This document shows positions 14,160 to 28,300 of a DNA stretch of 64,000 nucleotides, piece after piece. Position numbers and translations under genes: made by a program. Positions within the stretch are counted from its first letter, which is position 1. Every line of letters begins with the position of its first letter. The stretch covers positions 69,566,001-69,630,000 of the forward strand of contig NC_086108.1 of the NCBI RefSeq assembly GCF_963921235.1. Reading direction: 5' to 3'. This stretch comes from Mobula hypostoma (Eukaryota). Below the pieces are notes generated by a model. The model saw only the letters and a program-made list of their open reading frames with translations, was not told the origin of the DNA and made no database searches.

Positions 14160-17100
14160 AGACTGCTCACAGTATATTTACATTTCTACAAGGATGCTGC
14201 CTGCTTGGAAATTCTTATCGACAGAGAAGGGAGGAGCCGTTTGAGTGACCGTTGGTATTCAACACGGTGACATGAATAGAAGGTCAGATGATAGACCTCA
14301 GACACATAGTTTTGGACACTGAATGAGCTTTGTTATGCCCACAGAAAAAGTGGGTTTTGGAGAATCGATCAGGCGGATCGATCAGTGGCTCTCGCAGTGT
14401 GAAAAGGGTGTGACCGGTGGGGAGTTGTTTGTGTGTCCAACCCTCGCCTGGGTTGATAATTCCACCACAGAAGAACGGTCCTCTTTGTTTTGGTCACAGT
14501 CGGTGACTTCTAAAGGATTTCAGAGGACAACAGGAAGATCGACGGCGTCAGCTCACCTGAAGACTCAAATCTCTCCCTCTCTTTCCATCACTACTCAACT
14601 CAATACCACGAACTGAACTGAACTTCACTCATCATCGTAAGACTATCTATTTACCCCTAGACTTGAAGAAGCTTGATTTTCATATATTTCCACACTTACT
14701 CATTCCACATACAATCATTGCTAACCCGTTTTATATATCTGATTTTATATTACTGTACTGCGTAGTTACTAACAAATAATATTAGTTAATAGCAATACTG
14801 GACTCCAAAGTGTTTTCCATTTCTGCTGGTTCTTTAACCCATCACGGGGTACATGACCAACACATGGTGACTACTTACCAGATACGAGCCAGTGTTGCTG
14901 GAGCCAAACCCGTGGTGAGAAAGAAATCTTTTACTTCCACTCCAGAGACAAACCCATCCTGGTCTTTGTCAGTTTTCATGAAGATTTCATCATATTTTGT
15001 TTTGTCAGCTGGCGTTACAACCCATTTAACAGACTGTAAAATAAATTTCTTCTTAAGTGACAGAAATGCAGGATTATTCCCCAAGTTTAAAACTCTTAAG
15101 ATATACTTTACCCAAAATATTACGTTGTAGATATATCCCCTCCATCATGATAAAGCTAGTTTGCAGAGCATCTTTCTGAAGCATGCCCTGTACGACCCGT
15201 TTTAGTTTATTGTGGTCATAAATTGTAATCTTTCAGCAATACACCGTGATCAGCCGACAGAATTTGACAAGCAGGTTGTCACTAACTGCCATAACAATTA
15301 CAATAAAATTTAACTGATTTTGAAATGCAGCTTTACTAAACTCTGGTCAGGCCACATCCGGAGTATTGCATTCAATTCTGGTTGCCTCATTATAGGAAGA
15401 ATGTGACGACTATATTCAGAAGAGGTTTACCAAGGTGTTGCCTGGATTAGAGGGCTATAAGAAATTGGACAAACTGTGGCTGATTTCTCTTCAATGGCAG
15501 AGGCTGACTGCAGACCTGAATGAAGTTTATAAAATTATGAGAGGCATAGAGAACTAGTATCTGCTTCCTACAGTCAAAATGTCTAGTACTAGCATGCATT
15601 TAAGGTGAACGACAGCAAATTTAAAGCAGATATGTAGGAAACGTTTTTTTTTAAAAACACAGAATAGTGGGTGCTTGCGATTCAGTGCCTGGGGTGGTAG
15701 TGGAAGTCTGTTTCTGGGTAGTACTGTTCTATGTCCCATGAAACATAAAAGTGAAGATGCACAAGATAAAATTGAGTTGAGATAGTGATAACAAGGGGCT
15801 TGGACCTGGTGGGAAAGTGTTGATACATCTATCTTGGAATGTTCTGTGGCAGATGAAACCACTCCGCATTTCTTTTTTATGCAGAGCAGCGTACGATCTG
15901 CTCCCAACACCTGCCAACCTCAGCACCTGGTATGAAGATAAGACAGACAGGTGTGCTGCTTGTGGTGAGAAGGGAACACTTCAACATATTTTGAGTGCAT
16001 GCAGAGTCAATCTTTCCAGCGGCATGTACACTTGGAGACATAACAATGTTTTCGAAGTTGTAACAGAAGCAGTTGAGAGCAGAGAGTACTGCAGCACAAC
16101 TTATCTCATGCCCCATGCTGCACAGAACATAGCATATCATTTGTGAAAGTAGGCTCCAAGTCAAGGGTGTACAGCGCAGGCCTACCATCAAGCATACTTT
16201 CTTCAGCCAATGATTGGTGAGTCAAGGCAGACCTGGATGGGAAAGGCAGCTTCCCGGAGCAAATAGCTTTCACCACATTGCATCCAGGTATAATCGTATG
16301 GTCTGACACCAGTAGAGAAGTGGTTATTGGTGAACTCACAGTCCCCTGGGAAGACAACATCGATGAAGCCCATGAGCGCAAGTTAACCAAGTACGCAGAA
16401 TTAAGATCAGAGTGCAGAGACAGGGGATGGAAGGTCTCATGCTATCCATTCGAAGTAGGCTGCCGTGGGTTTATTGCGATCACTTTCCAGAAGTGGCTGC
16501 GTGACCTTGGCTTCACTAGGAGAGATCAAGTCAACCTGCAGGGCTGTAGCTGAGGCAACAGAGACAGGATCAGCATGGGTATGGACCAAGTATGTCCAGA
16601 GGGGCAGATAGTCAGAAAGTGTATACATATCTTGCAAACCCTTCAGTAGTTGCATAGACACCTGGAGAGTAGACTATCTGTTGGATGGAAGTGACCAACA
16701 ACTCTGATAGAGGCAGATGCCAAGTTTTTAAGCTCACCAGTGGGAGGTGGTGCTTTAGCACTGCTGGCCCACCACCTCGAGGGAGCCTTGATCATAAGCG
16801 GGCCGAAACTCCTGAAGACAGGTGGCAGATCAACTGATGATCCCACTGGTGATAGCACAGGACAGTTAACATCTTAGTCCACATGTATTTTCAATTCATG
16901 TTACTGAAAATAACTGCAAAGCCATACCAAGATTGCTTTATGGGTTGCACCGCTATAGACAGATACAATGTGGAAATTGGCTCTTTGGTCAAACCAGCCT
17001 ACTTCAGAACCAAGCATTTACATTTATTCAACATTAATCCCAGTTTACATCTTCTCATCAGCTCCCCCGAGATTCTACCACTCATCTACACAAGGGGCAG

Positions 17101-20100
17101 CTTGCAGTGGCTAGCTAACCCAACAGCCGACACACATATGCATTGTGGAAGGAAGCAGGAGCACTGAGAGAAAAGCCCCACTGTCACAGTCAGAATGTGC
17201 AAACCACAAAGTTCGCATCCAAAGTCAGGACTGAACCTGAGCTGCTAGCATAGTGAGGCAGCAACTGTCTGGGTCACTGGTTGGCAGAATTCCCACGTGA
17301 TACAGTATCATTCCTTCTGTATGAAGGTTCAGGAGAGATGGAACTGACAGTCAGGGTCATGGGTTCAGGTGCCTCATAAGTATCAAAGTTAGTGAGTTCA
17401 GATCAGTGACTTAGAGGAGTTGGGGTTGTATCTGGCAAATACAGAAGTCTGTAGGGGGTCAGATTAAGGGTCAGGGCTTCATACAATAATAGAGGGATCA
17501 GGAAATAAGATAGTTAAAATCTAGTTCACATGCCAGAATCTCCTGAAATATATTTTGTTGAAATCAATAAAGCATTGGGCCAGCAGGTGGCGCAACAACA
17601 TCGTCGCCGGACCCAGAAGCAGAGGTTCCCAGGTTCGAAACCAGTCGGGTCCACTCCCGAGTACGTTTTCCATCCGTGCTGGGTTGAGTGTCGAGATCGC
17701 AACTCGACCTCGTAAAAAATAAAAGGGAAAATACTGTGAAAATGTCTGTGTGAGGAGTGGCGTGTCACACAGTCTCTCTCTCGCGCCGCGCCTTGTAAAA
17801 AAGCCATGAAAAAGACATCATCACGGACGCACGCAGACGCACAGACTCGCACGCATGCAGGCATAAGCAAAAAAAAATCAATAAAGCAATAATATTAAAG
17901 AGCTAACACTACTATTACATGCATTACCTGTGCCGCTGCTGTTTTGGTTGGTAGAATTCCCACAGGAGGTAAGGATTGTCGGCTTTCCTTGGCAGAAGGT
18001 GGAGATGGAATAAGTGGCACTGCAGAAGGAACATTAGCTTTTTTCCTCTTTGATGGAGGTATTAAGGCAGGTGGCAATGAAAATGGCACAGGTTCCTTCT
18101 CGAGAGCACGGTAAACCAAGTACATGGCCTTGTGAAAGAAAACAATATTAAATGATTAGTCTTCACAAAATTTTAATAAATAAATAAATAAGTCACAGAA
18201 CCATTAAGTAACTAGCTTTTTCCTAACTATGTACCTGCCTTAAACTGGGGGGAAAAGGTTAGCACTAATTATCAGCAATTGGATTGCTGTAAAGTCTTAT
18301 CAAGTTCACTTATGTTCTTCAGGAAATGAAACGTGTTGTTCTTACCTGGTGGGCACTGTAAAATACTGTCAGTATGTTTGACCAATATCAAGTAGTAGCA
18401 ATGGAAAGATAGAACTCATCATCAATCCCCAAATTGACCTTTTCTCTCACTACTGACTATTCCTCTCCATAACAATTGTCTGAGACTGAATCAGACTGTT
18501 TGCAACCTTGTTTACATGCAATCCCAAAATGAACTTCAGACCTCAGCACCTTCACTATGAACATTAACTTCATAACATCTGAAATAAAAACAGAAAATGT
18601 CGAATGCTCAGCTGGTCAGGCACCACCTGTAGGGACAGAAACATTTCAGGTCTAATGATTTTTTGAGAGCACAGAACGATTTGGAACACAGGCATATTCA
18701 AACTTAGAGAAGTGAAGGAATGGAGAGATCAAAGAGAATGTTTTTGACAGGGTGAAGACTAAGAGATGATGGATGAGATAGGTTAGTGCTGAAAGTGCTG
18801 AAGGCATGTTAACAGCATCTTCTCTGCGTGGAACAGGGGAAAACAGTAAGTATCAAGGAGAGAGAAAATAACTTTCTGGGGCTGAGAAATTCAAGACAAA
18901 GCAGTTACTGAAAAGGAAACATAAAAATGATAGCAAATGCTGAGAAAGTATGGATATTTCCTTCCCCCCACCCCCAGCCACCTTCTCTACAAGATCAAAC
19001 ATGCCTGTTTTCTAAATTTCCCCACTTCTGAAGAAAGGTCTTTGACCATGGAATATTAATTCTATTTCTCTCTCCAAGAGTGCAGCCTGACCTGATCAGC
19101 ATTTCTAAGATTTTCTGTTCTTCATTCAAAACTTCAGGACTTTCATAACACTGTCCAACTCGGCCTCCATCTTAACTTGTTGTTGCTAAGACTGCCACAT
19201 ATGCTATTTTAAGCATTAGACTACATACATTCCTCATATTATATCAATTGTAGATGTTATTTATTACAGCTACAACAATGACAAGGCCTGCGTTCTTAAT
19301 TAATTGGCCGAATTGTAAGATCTCTTTTAGATGTTATATCAATGCACACCCTTTGTCTAGGTCTCAGCTTTCCATTATTTTTCTGTTTGGTCTCCCATAT
19401 TCTAACTTCAGTAAAACTGAGACCATTCAGAGTTCTGGTTCTTCCATCCTAATCTGCAACATCTTATTCAGCTATTGATGGCCATGTGCTCATTTGTGCA
19501 GAGTAAACCCTGATCATACAAAGCCTCAATTTTAAAACTGTTTCTTTAGCATTGCTTCTAACTATAAAGTCTCCTTCCTGCTTGCAAGTTTCTAAAGATT
19601 TGTGTGCCTTCAATTCTATCAACTTTAATTGCTCCACCGATGGTGGCTGTACATTCAGCTATAAATGTAGCAAACTTTAGTAATCTCTTGGCTGTCCCAC
19701 CTCTTTCTTCATTTTAAGGTTCTGAGTTATTAAATTCTGTTAATTTTCTGAGGAGTTGCAAATAAAACATAAGATTGTGCAAACAGCAGTTACTTCCCAC
19801 TTTTAGCCTTGTGTAAGAAGGTCATGGATGAAGCAACTTAAGATGATTGGACTGAGGATGCTACCATGAAAAAGTCCTGCAGCAAAGCCATGGGGATGCA
19901 ATGTTTTATCTCCAAGAATCTTAGCGTATTCCTTCATGCAGAGTATGATTCCAATAATTGGAGCATTTTCACCTTGATGCCCACTCATCAGAGTTCCTTC
20001 ATGCAACATTTTATCACAAGCTGCCTTGATATTAAGAGCAACCTCTCTCATCTCCAGTTATTCAATTCGTTGGTCAAAGTTTGGATAATTGTGATGAGTT

Positions 20101-21448
20101 CTGGAAAGTGGCACTAGTGAAACTGGGCATCAATGATGATGCTACTGAGCAATGCCTTCCATTTGAAACATTATCTCTGCTTCTTTTTGCCACAGCTGTT
20201 GTTTGACCTAAGTGCTTCCAGCAGTTCCGCTATTATTCCTTCATTCCTTTCCACTATCCGTCTAGTAATCTCTTCTAGGGACGGCTCAGAGTAATGTCTG
20301 CTTGGGAGTCTGGAATCAGACCTGTAAAGGACATGGTCTACTCAATGTAGCCAACGGAATGTAACCAATGATTCACTACAGGGGGGAAAAAGGCAAACAC
20401 TGGCTCACCTATCCTTGCAGTGACCTTGAAGGATTTTGTGGACAATGCATTGGTAAGATTTTTCTCCTAGCTCTAGAACTCAGGAGGATATGGATCATTG
20501 CTGACAGCTGGGCCAAGAGTTTTGTGCCTGGTGATTGATACCGTCGTAAGATACTTTGCAAATAATTGGGAAGAAAATAAGCAGATTGGATGTGCCCCTT
20601 TATTGTAGCCAAGACATACAGGGACAATTTTCTACATTACACTGCAACTGCTTGACTTCCATGGTGGTGGTGTTCTCAAAGGTAGGCAAGGCGAACCACC
20701 CACTCTGCACTTTTTAAGTAAATGTAATAGAAAACGTTTCTGCCTTGACTTTAGCACAAACTCTTGTCGGCTTTAAGGTTGCAAATGTTCTTGGAGTTTC
20801 CTCCTCCATGCAGCTGGTTAACCGTCCACCACAATAGCACTTTAGATACATGAAGACTAATTGATCTGAACAATTAGTTGTGGGATTGCTTAGTTCTATC
20901 AGATTCTGTTTAGTAAGCATGTAATTTAACATTGCAGCTTTGTTAGGTTGATAACCCTCTTATTGGCATCTTTTGTTTGGTGGCAGAGTGAAGAATATAC
21001 TGGGCTCAGCAAATACAGATTGTGATAGTGTACAATTTTGCTGTTTCTGATGATCTGCAGGCTAGAATTCAGATGCTAAATCAGCTCCGAGTCCATCCCA
21101 TTAGCAGAGACCAGAACGCCAATAATACATGTTGCAATGGTACTCAAGAAAATTCTTTATTTAGAAATCGCACAAGTATGGCTGCACCATCATACAAATT
21201 CACTGAAACATTCATCAGAAAGCATGAAAAACGTAGATTACAGTATTTATTTTATAGCTTTTTTGTTCGGTTACATGAATCTTGCCTGCATTTTTTTTTT
21301 CATTTTTACACAACAGAATACGACAAATATACTGAAACCAACCAGTCCAGCAAAAACTAAGTGTACCAAAAACAATTTAAATCCCAAAATTGAATTTCAG
21401 GTTTTAAAGCTTTTAACAAGAAGTGTGGGTTTTTGAATCTCTCTTACT

Positions 21449-21489
<41 letters not shown>

Positions 21490-22283
21490 TGTATACACAT
21501 ATACATACACACGCACACAAATACAGAGACACACACCGCACAGTTAATTGGGCCGTGGGTTAATCAGGGTAGCAGCTTATTTGGGACAACTCTTAAAGAA
21601 CACAAGACAAATCGAGAAAATTGCCTTCATTTAATTGGGACAGGAGACTTGCCGAACAGGTTCTAACTAGAGCCAGTCACAGGCACTTTTGTGGCCGTTA
21701 GACGCTACACTGTGCTTAGAGTGCACAGATTTTAAAATGTGTCAGTTGCGTATGTTTGTGTTCAAAGAACCATGATTTTTGTCACTGATAGTTGGCGAGA
21801 AACAAGCAGTAAGACAATACCGAACTGCAGTGATCACTGCGGTTTCAAGCATTCAGGTGTGGAGATGCCAGAAACACCTGGAAGTGAAAATGAAGCCATT
21901 TCACTACTTCAACAAGTTAGGAATGATGAAGACTCTTAAGTTATCAGCAATCACCTTTAATGTTATAATGAAAAAGATTTGGAGGATGCGATCATTGAGA
22001 GCATTGTACGAAAGCAGTCCATTATCTGCACTGATTTTATTCATTGCATACGCTGGATGAATTCCTCCATCGATATCTATTAGGAACTAATACAGTTTTA
22101 TAGTCCTGTACTACCATTGGTAGTGTTCTAATTTATTCTGTATTTCATTTAAATACAATATTTGTTACTCTGTGCCTTTTTAATATTTTATTACTACTTC
22201 CATGAATCTTTGGCTATTTGGGGCAGCTGCTTAATTGGGCCAAAATGTACTGGTCCTAATGTGTTCCAATTATCTGTAAATAT

Positions 22284-22321
<38 letters not shown>

Positions 22322-25300
22322 AGTGTGAGAGAGAGAGAGAGAGAGAGAGAGATTTTATCAACATTTATATAGTGTGGGTACGTGAAAACTGATAACTTCA
22401 ATAAAATAACCTAATGAGGAGCTACACTGGAAGCCTGATACTATATATCATTAGAGCTTCATACTTAATCTATGTAACAATCTTAATGATTTTATGTCTA
22501 CTGTGAAGCTTTTAGCAACGGGGACTTCTCACAATCACCAACACAGTGGTTGGCACAATAGTACAGACCTGTGGCCTTCACACAGGCACCTACAACATGA
22601 TTTAGAATGTCCCTGGTGAAATACATGGAAGAGATAATTACCAGATGGAATATTAGGCTAAAAACTACAGAGCATCAATAAATTGTATTCCATGCCTCAG
22701 GGTATTATCGGCACTATATTTGAGCAGATCATTAATCATGCAATGTTAGTCAAGAAACGGTAGGGTTAATTCTAATTCCAGTAGGGAAAGTATAATGTTG
22801 TTCCCATCAGGTTACTTGTTGTAACCAGAATCACAGTACTCAGCCTGGTGTCATTTTTTGATCATTGCTGCAGGGAAGCATCAAGCTTCAAAAGAGCACA
22901 GCTTGATTCTGGAATTCTTTATGTGCTACCAGCAGCACAAACAAATATGTAGCCCACAATAGATTTTGTATTATAGATGTAATTTCAGTAGTCATTGATG
23001 AGGAGGTCCTGAAATATGTTACATCTAGGTGTGTAGCCCATTGCTTAATGACCCATTTGAAACTCATCAAACTGGTGAGTAAATGTATTTGCAAAGAAAT
23101 ATTTCAGGCTCAACAGTGGAAAGGCACAATTTAATTGACATTATGGCTGCTGCATTTCCTGTGTAACAACAAAGCCAGCATTCCACAAGGTATTGAACTG
23201 TTTCTAATAAGGCCTTGGGAGATGCATTATAAATAGGAATTTGTTTTTAATTCTTTATAATTAAAGTATAGCAAATGTTTCCTTGGACTTTTGAAATGTG
23301 TATTTAGCAGTTTTAATAGCAAGTTTCAAAGGACACTTCATAAAAAGAAATAAAACACTCATATGTAGGAGTTAGAGGATGGTCGGACAGGCCTGGACAG
23401 GTGAGTGAAAGATTAATGAAAACAAAGTATTTTGAGAAAGTTTTGCTTCAAACAAAAAAAAGGTTTAATAATGCTTCAGAGAAAACTTACAAAACTGGGG
23501 AAAAAAATCTTAATTTTGGCCATGAGATGCAAAAGATGAATGATGTGGAACTAACATCGGGCTGAAGGAAGCTGCAGAGAGTGCATGAGAAGGAATGAAG
23601 AGGAACATGAAAATTAGAACTGAGTTGAGGAAGAAAGGTTCAAAGTTGATCAGCAAGAATGCCAGAATTTATGAATGAGAGACAGAATCTTATTAACATG
23701 TTGGCCCTTAAGAGATGAAGGTCTAGAAAACAAAAATTAGTAACAACTGTTTTTTTTAAACTGAAGTTAATATCTCAAGAGCAAATCTAGAAAAGAGGGG
23801 AAATGTAGGGCCAGGTGAAGAGGATACAGCAAGAAAGGATGAGCCACTCAGTGGGGCAACATAATCCCTAAGGAAAGCTCTAGTAAGAGATGGGAAGATG
23901 GGGTGAGAGCAAACAGTAAGAAGTTATCAGAACCTTCAGCACAATAGACACTTTCAAATCTCAACCATGGCTAAGATTCTATATAACTAATAGGAAGGCA
24001 AGCCTCAACTCTCTACTTCGATCTGTTTTGGCACAAGAGACACACAGAAGAGTTCTGTGAAAGTTACCTCAAAAAGTCTATGGCATGGTTGGGAGACTTC
24101 AGACAGGCAAAATGTCTAGGTGACCCTATTCGCGGGCAGAAGGAATTTAGTGAGTGCGACAAAAGCATCTTGCTCAGGGTGAAGCAACCAGCCCTGGAAA
24201 CTGGTTCAACACCCTGCAGGGGACACAGTGGCCATCAATTTCAATTTCATGTAGTCCACACCGCCTGTTCTCCTTTTTCTTCGTTCTGATCCAGCCAGGT
24301 TCCTTCAACTGCACTCCCCACCCCCCACCATCCCGAATGAGCACCATGAGTTTCATTCTCTTCCACCTGGTTCCAACTATCTATCTATCATCCACACTCT
24401 TTACCACGTGCACCCATCCCCCCCAACCTCACTCCATTTGCCCCATTTTCTCTCTCTCCTTATCTGCTTGTTGATATCATCCACCAGCCACCTATATTCT
24501 CCTCCCCGACAGCTCCAGCTACTCATCATCCCCCTCTTCATCTGATCCCACCATCACCTGCCAGCCCCTGTCTCACCAACCCCTCTCAACTTTCATACTG
24601 CCCATCTCCCCTCTGCACTCATCTTGATGCAGGGTCTCGACCCGAAACATTAGCCCTCCCCTTGCCTCCACAGATGCAGATTGACCCACTCAGTTCCTCC
24701 AGCAGTTTGTTTTATTTTGCTCCAAATTATACCATCCAGTACCCCTTGTCTCTCTAGACTTGTACCAGGATAAGGAACTACAACCAGGCAAGAGTCAGAC
24801 ATCAAGCAACCTGTGGCTTTACAGCCAATACAAATAAAGTTAATTAGCAACTTACAACAGCAAATTCATCACGGTCTAATAAACCATCACGATCTGTATC
24901 GCTGAGGTCCCAGACCTGTAAGGTAATAGAAAAAACAAGTTCAGAATTCAACTTGTTCAATATAGAATATCTATTGTAAAAACTATTATTCAGCAAAGTA
25001 TATACTTGAGGCAGCAAACACATTCAAATCACCAGGACTTTACTGATTTGACTCCGGAACCTTACTGTAACTGGTTAGATATTTCAGTATAACCATATAA
25101 CAATTACAGCACGGAAACAGGCCATCTTGGCCCTTCTAGTCCGTGCCGAACTCTTTCTCTCACCTAGTCCCACCGACCTGCACTCAGCCCATAACCCTCC
25201 ATTCCTTTCCTGTCCATATATCTATCCAATTTAACTTTAAGTGACAACATCGAACCTGCTTCATCCACTTCTGCCGGAAGCTCGTTCCACACAGCTACCA

Positions 25301-28300
25301 CTCTCTGAGTAAAGAAGTTCCCCCTCATGTTACCCCTAAACTTTTGCCCTATAGTCGCTGACAAAGGTGATCTGAACTACACATCACTTGCAACTTTATC
25401 TACTTAAAACAACTGGTCTGTGTCTTAGCAAACAAATAGCAGGCTTATTCTTCTGAAGTAGCAAACCAGCTCGATCAGCATGATGGATATCTGGACTTCA
25501 CTGCATAGCTGCAGCTACTGTTACCTTCAATGCTATTTCTAAAACAAAATCCAGCTCTAATGTTTGTAAGCTTCATCAAATAGGGCAACATATGTTAAAT
25601 ATTGTGAAATTAAAGAGAACAATCAAGAAAATCATCTCCCAGTCAAATTTCATGACAACACAGAAGGCCATCAAATTCAAACATGGTTTTAAAACAACTA
25701 GATCTCACTTCCCCACTTCCTGGTAATCTTGTCCATTCTACATGTCCATCAGATATTCCCATCTGATTCTGCTACCATTTGTTAACCTAAGGACAATTTA
25801 TCGTATTCCATTAACCTAGCAAACATGCCTTTAGTAAATGAGAGATTATTAGATAACCTGAAAGAAATTTACAAATTCAAAGAGAGAAGACACAGATAAC
25901 AGCAGAGGTCAGAACTAGACCTGCCTCACTCAGCTATAAGGCAGCAGATCCACCTGCTGAGTCACTATGAAGCCTTATCAATCACAATCTTACGCATTCT
26001 TAGTTTAATAAAATGTTATTGCAAAGATTCATTAAATAATTATAATTTGCATCTTCTTATCTGTTTTTTCACAAAATTACACATCACAGCAGCCTTTTTT
26101 TAAACTATTACAAGTAGCTATTACTGGATATTCCAATGTCAATCACAGCTGATGATTTCATTGCTGTGAAGTGACTGAACTGGGACACATAATTCATTTC
26201 TAACTGTCCACTGTTCCCTGAATTTTTACTGAGAATACGTTGTGACATATATCCTGCACATCATGAGACTAAATGGCTGACACAGAATTACCAATGATGT
26301 CTGTATTTCATTAAAATATGCTTAAATACAGTAAGATGCAAATGTATCACAAAACAACAGCACGGAAATTTCTGGCTGAAATCCCATGACCTACTGCTAT
26401 TTCCATACTTGGGTTCAGAGGATGTGGCGATAACTTTCTCAAAAAGGCCAACTCCCACCTGATGAGGAATTATATGCAAAATTAAAAGCTCTAAAACCTC
26501 ACTGACTTCTTTGTAGCTTGGCTAATAATGTTGCAAAGATGACTAAGGAACAAAGGTGTGCTTGTTGCATGGGAAAACTGCCAAGGATGCCGAGCCGCAA
26601 TCAGACTATGTATTTCTGAAAAAGGCCAACTTCCACCCGAATGGCAGGAACCCAAGGAAAAACCTTACCACAACTTGGAAAGCACAGCCTCTTTGTTTAG
26701 CCAGCTAACAGACTTCCCAAAGACGTCTACTATTTGAAAATAACTGACAGATTATCAAACGATCAAAGAAATCAGAAATGATCAAATATTTAAAATATTC
26801 TTTATATAACAAGGAAACAATTAAACATACTCTGGAATGGTGCAGGTAGTTAATTCCCTGCTGCTTATATGAAGTTAGCAAATATTTAGCAGGCTTCTGT
26901 CAGTGCTTTTGAAATTTACTTGGGAGTCCCAAGTTCATGGCATTTTCCAGGGTAAACTGTTGGCAATACCATGTAGATTTGCTGACATTCCCCAGAAAAA
27001 CCTGAGTCAATATACATCACATGGTATTTTTAAACATAGTATCATATTTCCTGTGGTGATCCTCAATTTAGTTCTATATGTATAGCTGTATTGAAGTAAG
27101 GAATAGATTTCAAAGTCTAGAAATAGAATCTGTTGAAGACGATAGCAATCATGTAGAAATGAAATTTCCCTAAAGGATGCCTTGGTAGAATCAGCAAAGT
27201 CAGTGATTCCTAAAAAAGAGAAAAGCACAAAGAATAAATGGATGACAGATGAAATCAAAAATCTAATGGAAGAAAGGAGACAGAAGAAAGCAAATCCTAT
27301 AGAATTTAAGTCCTTAGATAAAAAAGTTAAAAGCTTATGTCAAAAAGCCAAAGAAGAATGGTTAAACCAGGAATGTGAGCAAATAGAAAGAATCCCTATT
27401 ACTGATCCAAAAAGGTTACATCAACAAATCAAGAATATCACTGGTAAAAAAGCTCCTCTGTTCTTCAGGTGGATGTTTGAAAGCAAAGTACGGTACCATG
27501 ATCATGGAAAAAGATGAGATAATGAACAGATGGACTGAGTATATTCAGGAATTGTTTGAAGACGATCGAGGTGAAAATCCAGAAATTAAAAAAAAACATT
27601 GCAGGTCCAAGTATTTTAAAATCTGAAGTTCATAATGCAATAAGATGAAGAAAGGAAAGGTAGCAGATCCTGATGAATTAGTAATAGAACAAATTATCGC
27701 CCTTGAAGATTATGGAATTAAGAAACTTACTGATTTAATCAATGACATTTATGAGACTGGAATAATACAAGAAGAGATGAAAAAAATCTGTACTTATCAC
27801 TCTTCCTAAGAAACCTGGAGCAAAAGAATGTGAATTACATAGGACTATAAGTTTAATGAGTCATATCACCAAGATACTTCTAAGAATTTTGATGACAAGA
27901 GTTAAAAGAAAGATACAAGCTGAAATAGGTAAAGAACAATGTGGTTTTGTGAAAGACAAAGGTACAAGAAACGCAATATTGATGTTAAGGATACTATCAG
28001 AATGAGCTATTCAAGTGCAAAAAGATTTGTTTGTTTGTTTGTTTTATCGACTACACAAAAGCATTTGATAAAGTGAAGCACAATAAGTTATTTGAAATAT
28101 GACAGAAAACTCTAGATCTAGATTCGAAAGACCTCCACCTAATCAGAAATCTGTACTGGGAACAAACTGCCGCTGTAAGAATAGATAGAGAAGTGAGTCA
28201 GTTTACGAAACGTAAGAGAAGTGGTAGACAAGGGTGTGTTTTTTCCCCTGATTTATTTAATGTGTCAGTGAAACAATATTACAAAAAATAAGAGACATCT

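Noticed and set aside
12922..14858. One complete LTR retrotransposon or TRIM with paired LTRs
   Set aside because: The two LTRs differ strongly, each has its own TSD, and the spacer shows no clear PBS or coding sequence.
17577..17650. Functional tRNA gene
   Set aside because: No clean cloverleaf; it continues into a SINE body with an A-tail and TSD.
25469..25499. Plus-strand [10 protein letters not shown], which looks like an EF-hand or an inverted copy of exon 8
   Set aside because: Short, on the wrong strand, with no extended similarity; the true exon 8 is at 24856..24915.
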